From Acidimicrobiia bacterium (GTDB lineage Bacteria; Actinomycetota; Acidimicrobiia; Acidimicrobiales; JANYDT01), in the NCBI GenBank assembly GCA_031381685.1, contig JANMYF010000037.1, positions 11,247 through 75,246 of the forward strand: 64,000 nt of DNA. Reading direction: 5' to 3'. How positions within the stretch are numbered: position 1 is the first letter of the stretch; each line of letters starts with the position of its first letter. This document shows, piece after piece, positions 63,755-64,000 of this stretch. Made by a program: the position numbers and the translations under genes. A model generated the notes under the pieces. That model did no database searches and was not told the origin of the DNA. It saw nothing but the letters and a program-made list of their open reading frames with translations.

Positions 63755-63767
63755 CCGGACCGTGACC

Positions 63768-63960
63768 CGGCCAATCCGGCCAATCCGGCCAATCCGGCCG
63801 ACGGCAACGCCTCGTCTCAGCCGCTCGCCTGGCGCAGACCGCACGATCTCACGCGCACATCGCCAAGTTCCACGCGCAGATGGGGGAATCCGGGCCCTTT
63901 CGAGGCGACTTCTCGTCGATCTGCGCGTGAATCCGCCGGACCTGCGCGTGGAACGGGCCG
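63768..63960. repeat. Short tandem repeat plus a CACGCGCA(C/G) inverted-repeat element
   Basis: (CCGGCCAAT)x3 lies at about 63770-63797. Next come CACGCGCAC-N12-CACGCGCAG (63851-63880), a spacer of about 39 bp, and CTGCGCGTG-N12-CTGCGCGTG (63920-63949). The architecture matches 17372-17470. The window ends soon after. Confidence 0.7.
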
Positions 63961-64000
63961 GGGCCGACGGGGCCAGCGAGCTGCGTTCGACTGAGGGTAC

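Overview
This window is 64 kb of high-GC chromosomal DNA. Several habits point to Actinomycetota: GTG starts, frequent 4-bp ATGA/GTGA start-stop overlaps, ECF sigma factors, a DinB/mycothiol-type domain, Pro/Thr-rich linkers and hisI next to trpE. I cannot place it more precisely. About 60 protein genes can be supported by recognisable family motifs, and almost all are housekeeping or accessory metabolism:
- metY-metX behind a SAM-I-clan riboswitch.
- A lipid/acyl-CoA catabolic set: four acyl-CoA synthetases, two crotonases, an acyl-CoA dehydrogenase and a GMC oxidoreductase.
- A scattered tryptophan cluster (hisI-trpE ... trpC, trpF, trpB-trpA).
- cobS/cobO, rpsA, psuG, and two ECF sigma modules.
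- One OmpR/histidine-kinase pair and an FtsH-like AAA-metalloprotease operon.

I found no rRNA, tRNA, CRISPR array, transposase or integrase. The many long alternative-frame ORFs in the track are high-GC artefacts.

The most interesting signal is a pair of paralogous cytoplasmic ResA/TlpA-like thioredoxin-fold genes (about 17581-18660 and 37253-38347). Each is interrupted by a single in-frame TGA exactly at the first active-site cysteine position (W-A-x-x-[TGA]-G-C-R). Each TGA is followed 14 nt later by the same 6-bp/5-nt-loop hairpin. Together these are the signature of selenocysteine recoding. No Sec machinery lies in this window, so the claim needs the rest of the genome.

The second signal is a genome-specific short repeat family. 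It includes a 19-bp x 8 tandem array between trpF and trpC, and paired CACGCGCAG-N12-CACGCGCAC inverted modules at two other intergenic sites.

Smaller oddities:
- A frameshifted NTF2-like gene.
- A 32-bp duplicated trpE 3' end that now supplies the ygfZ start.
- An SSB paralog without an acidic tail.
- An orphan WXG100-like gene.
- An ECF sigma/small protein/MscS-like trio joined by start-stop overlaps.
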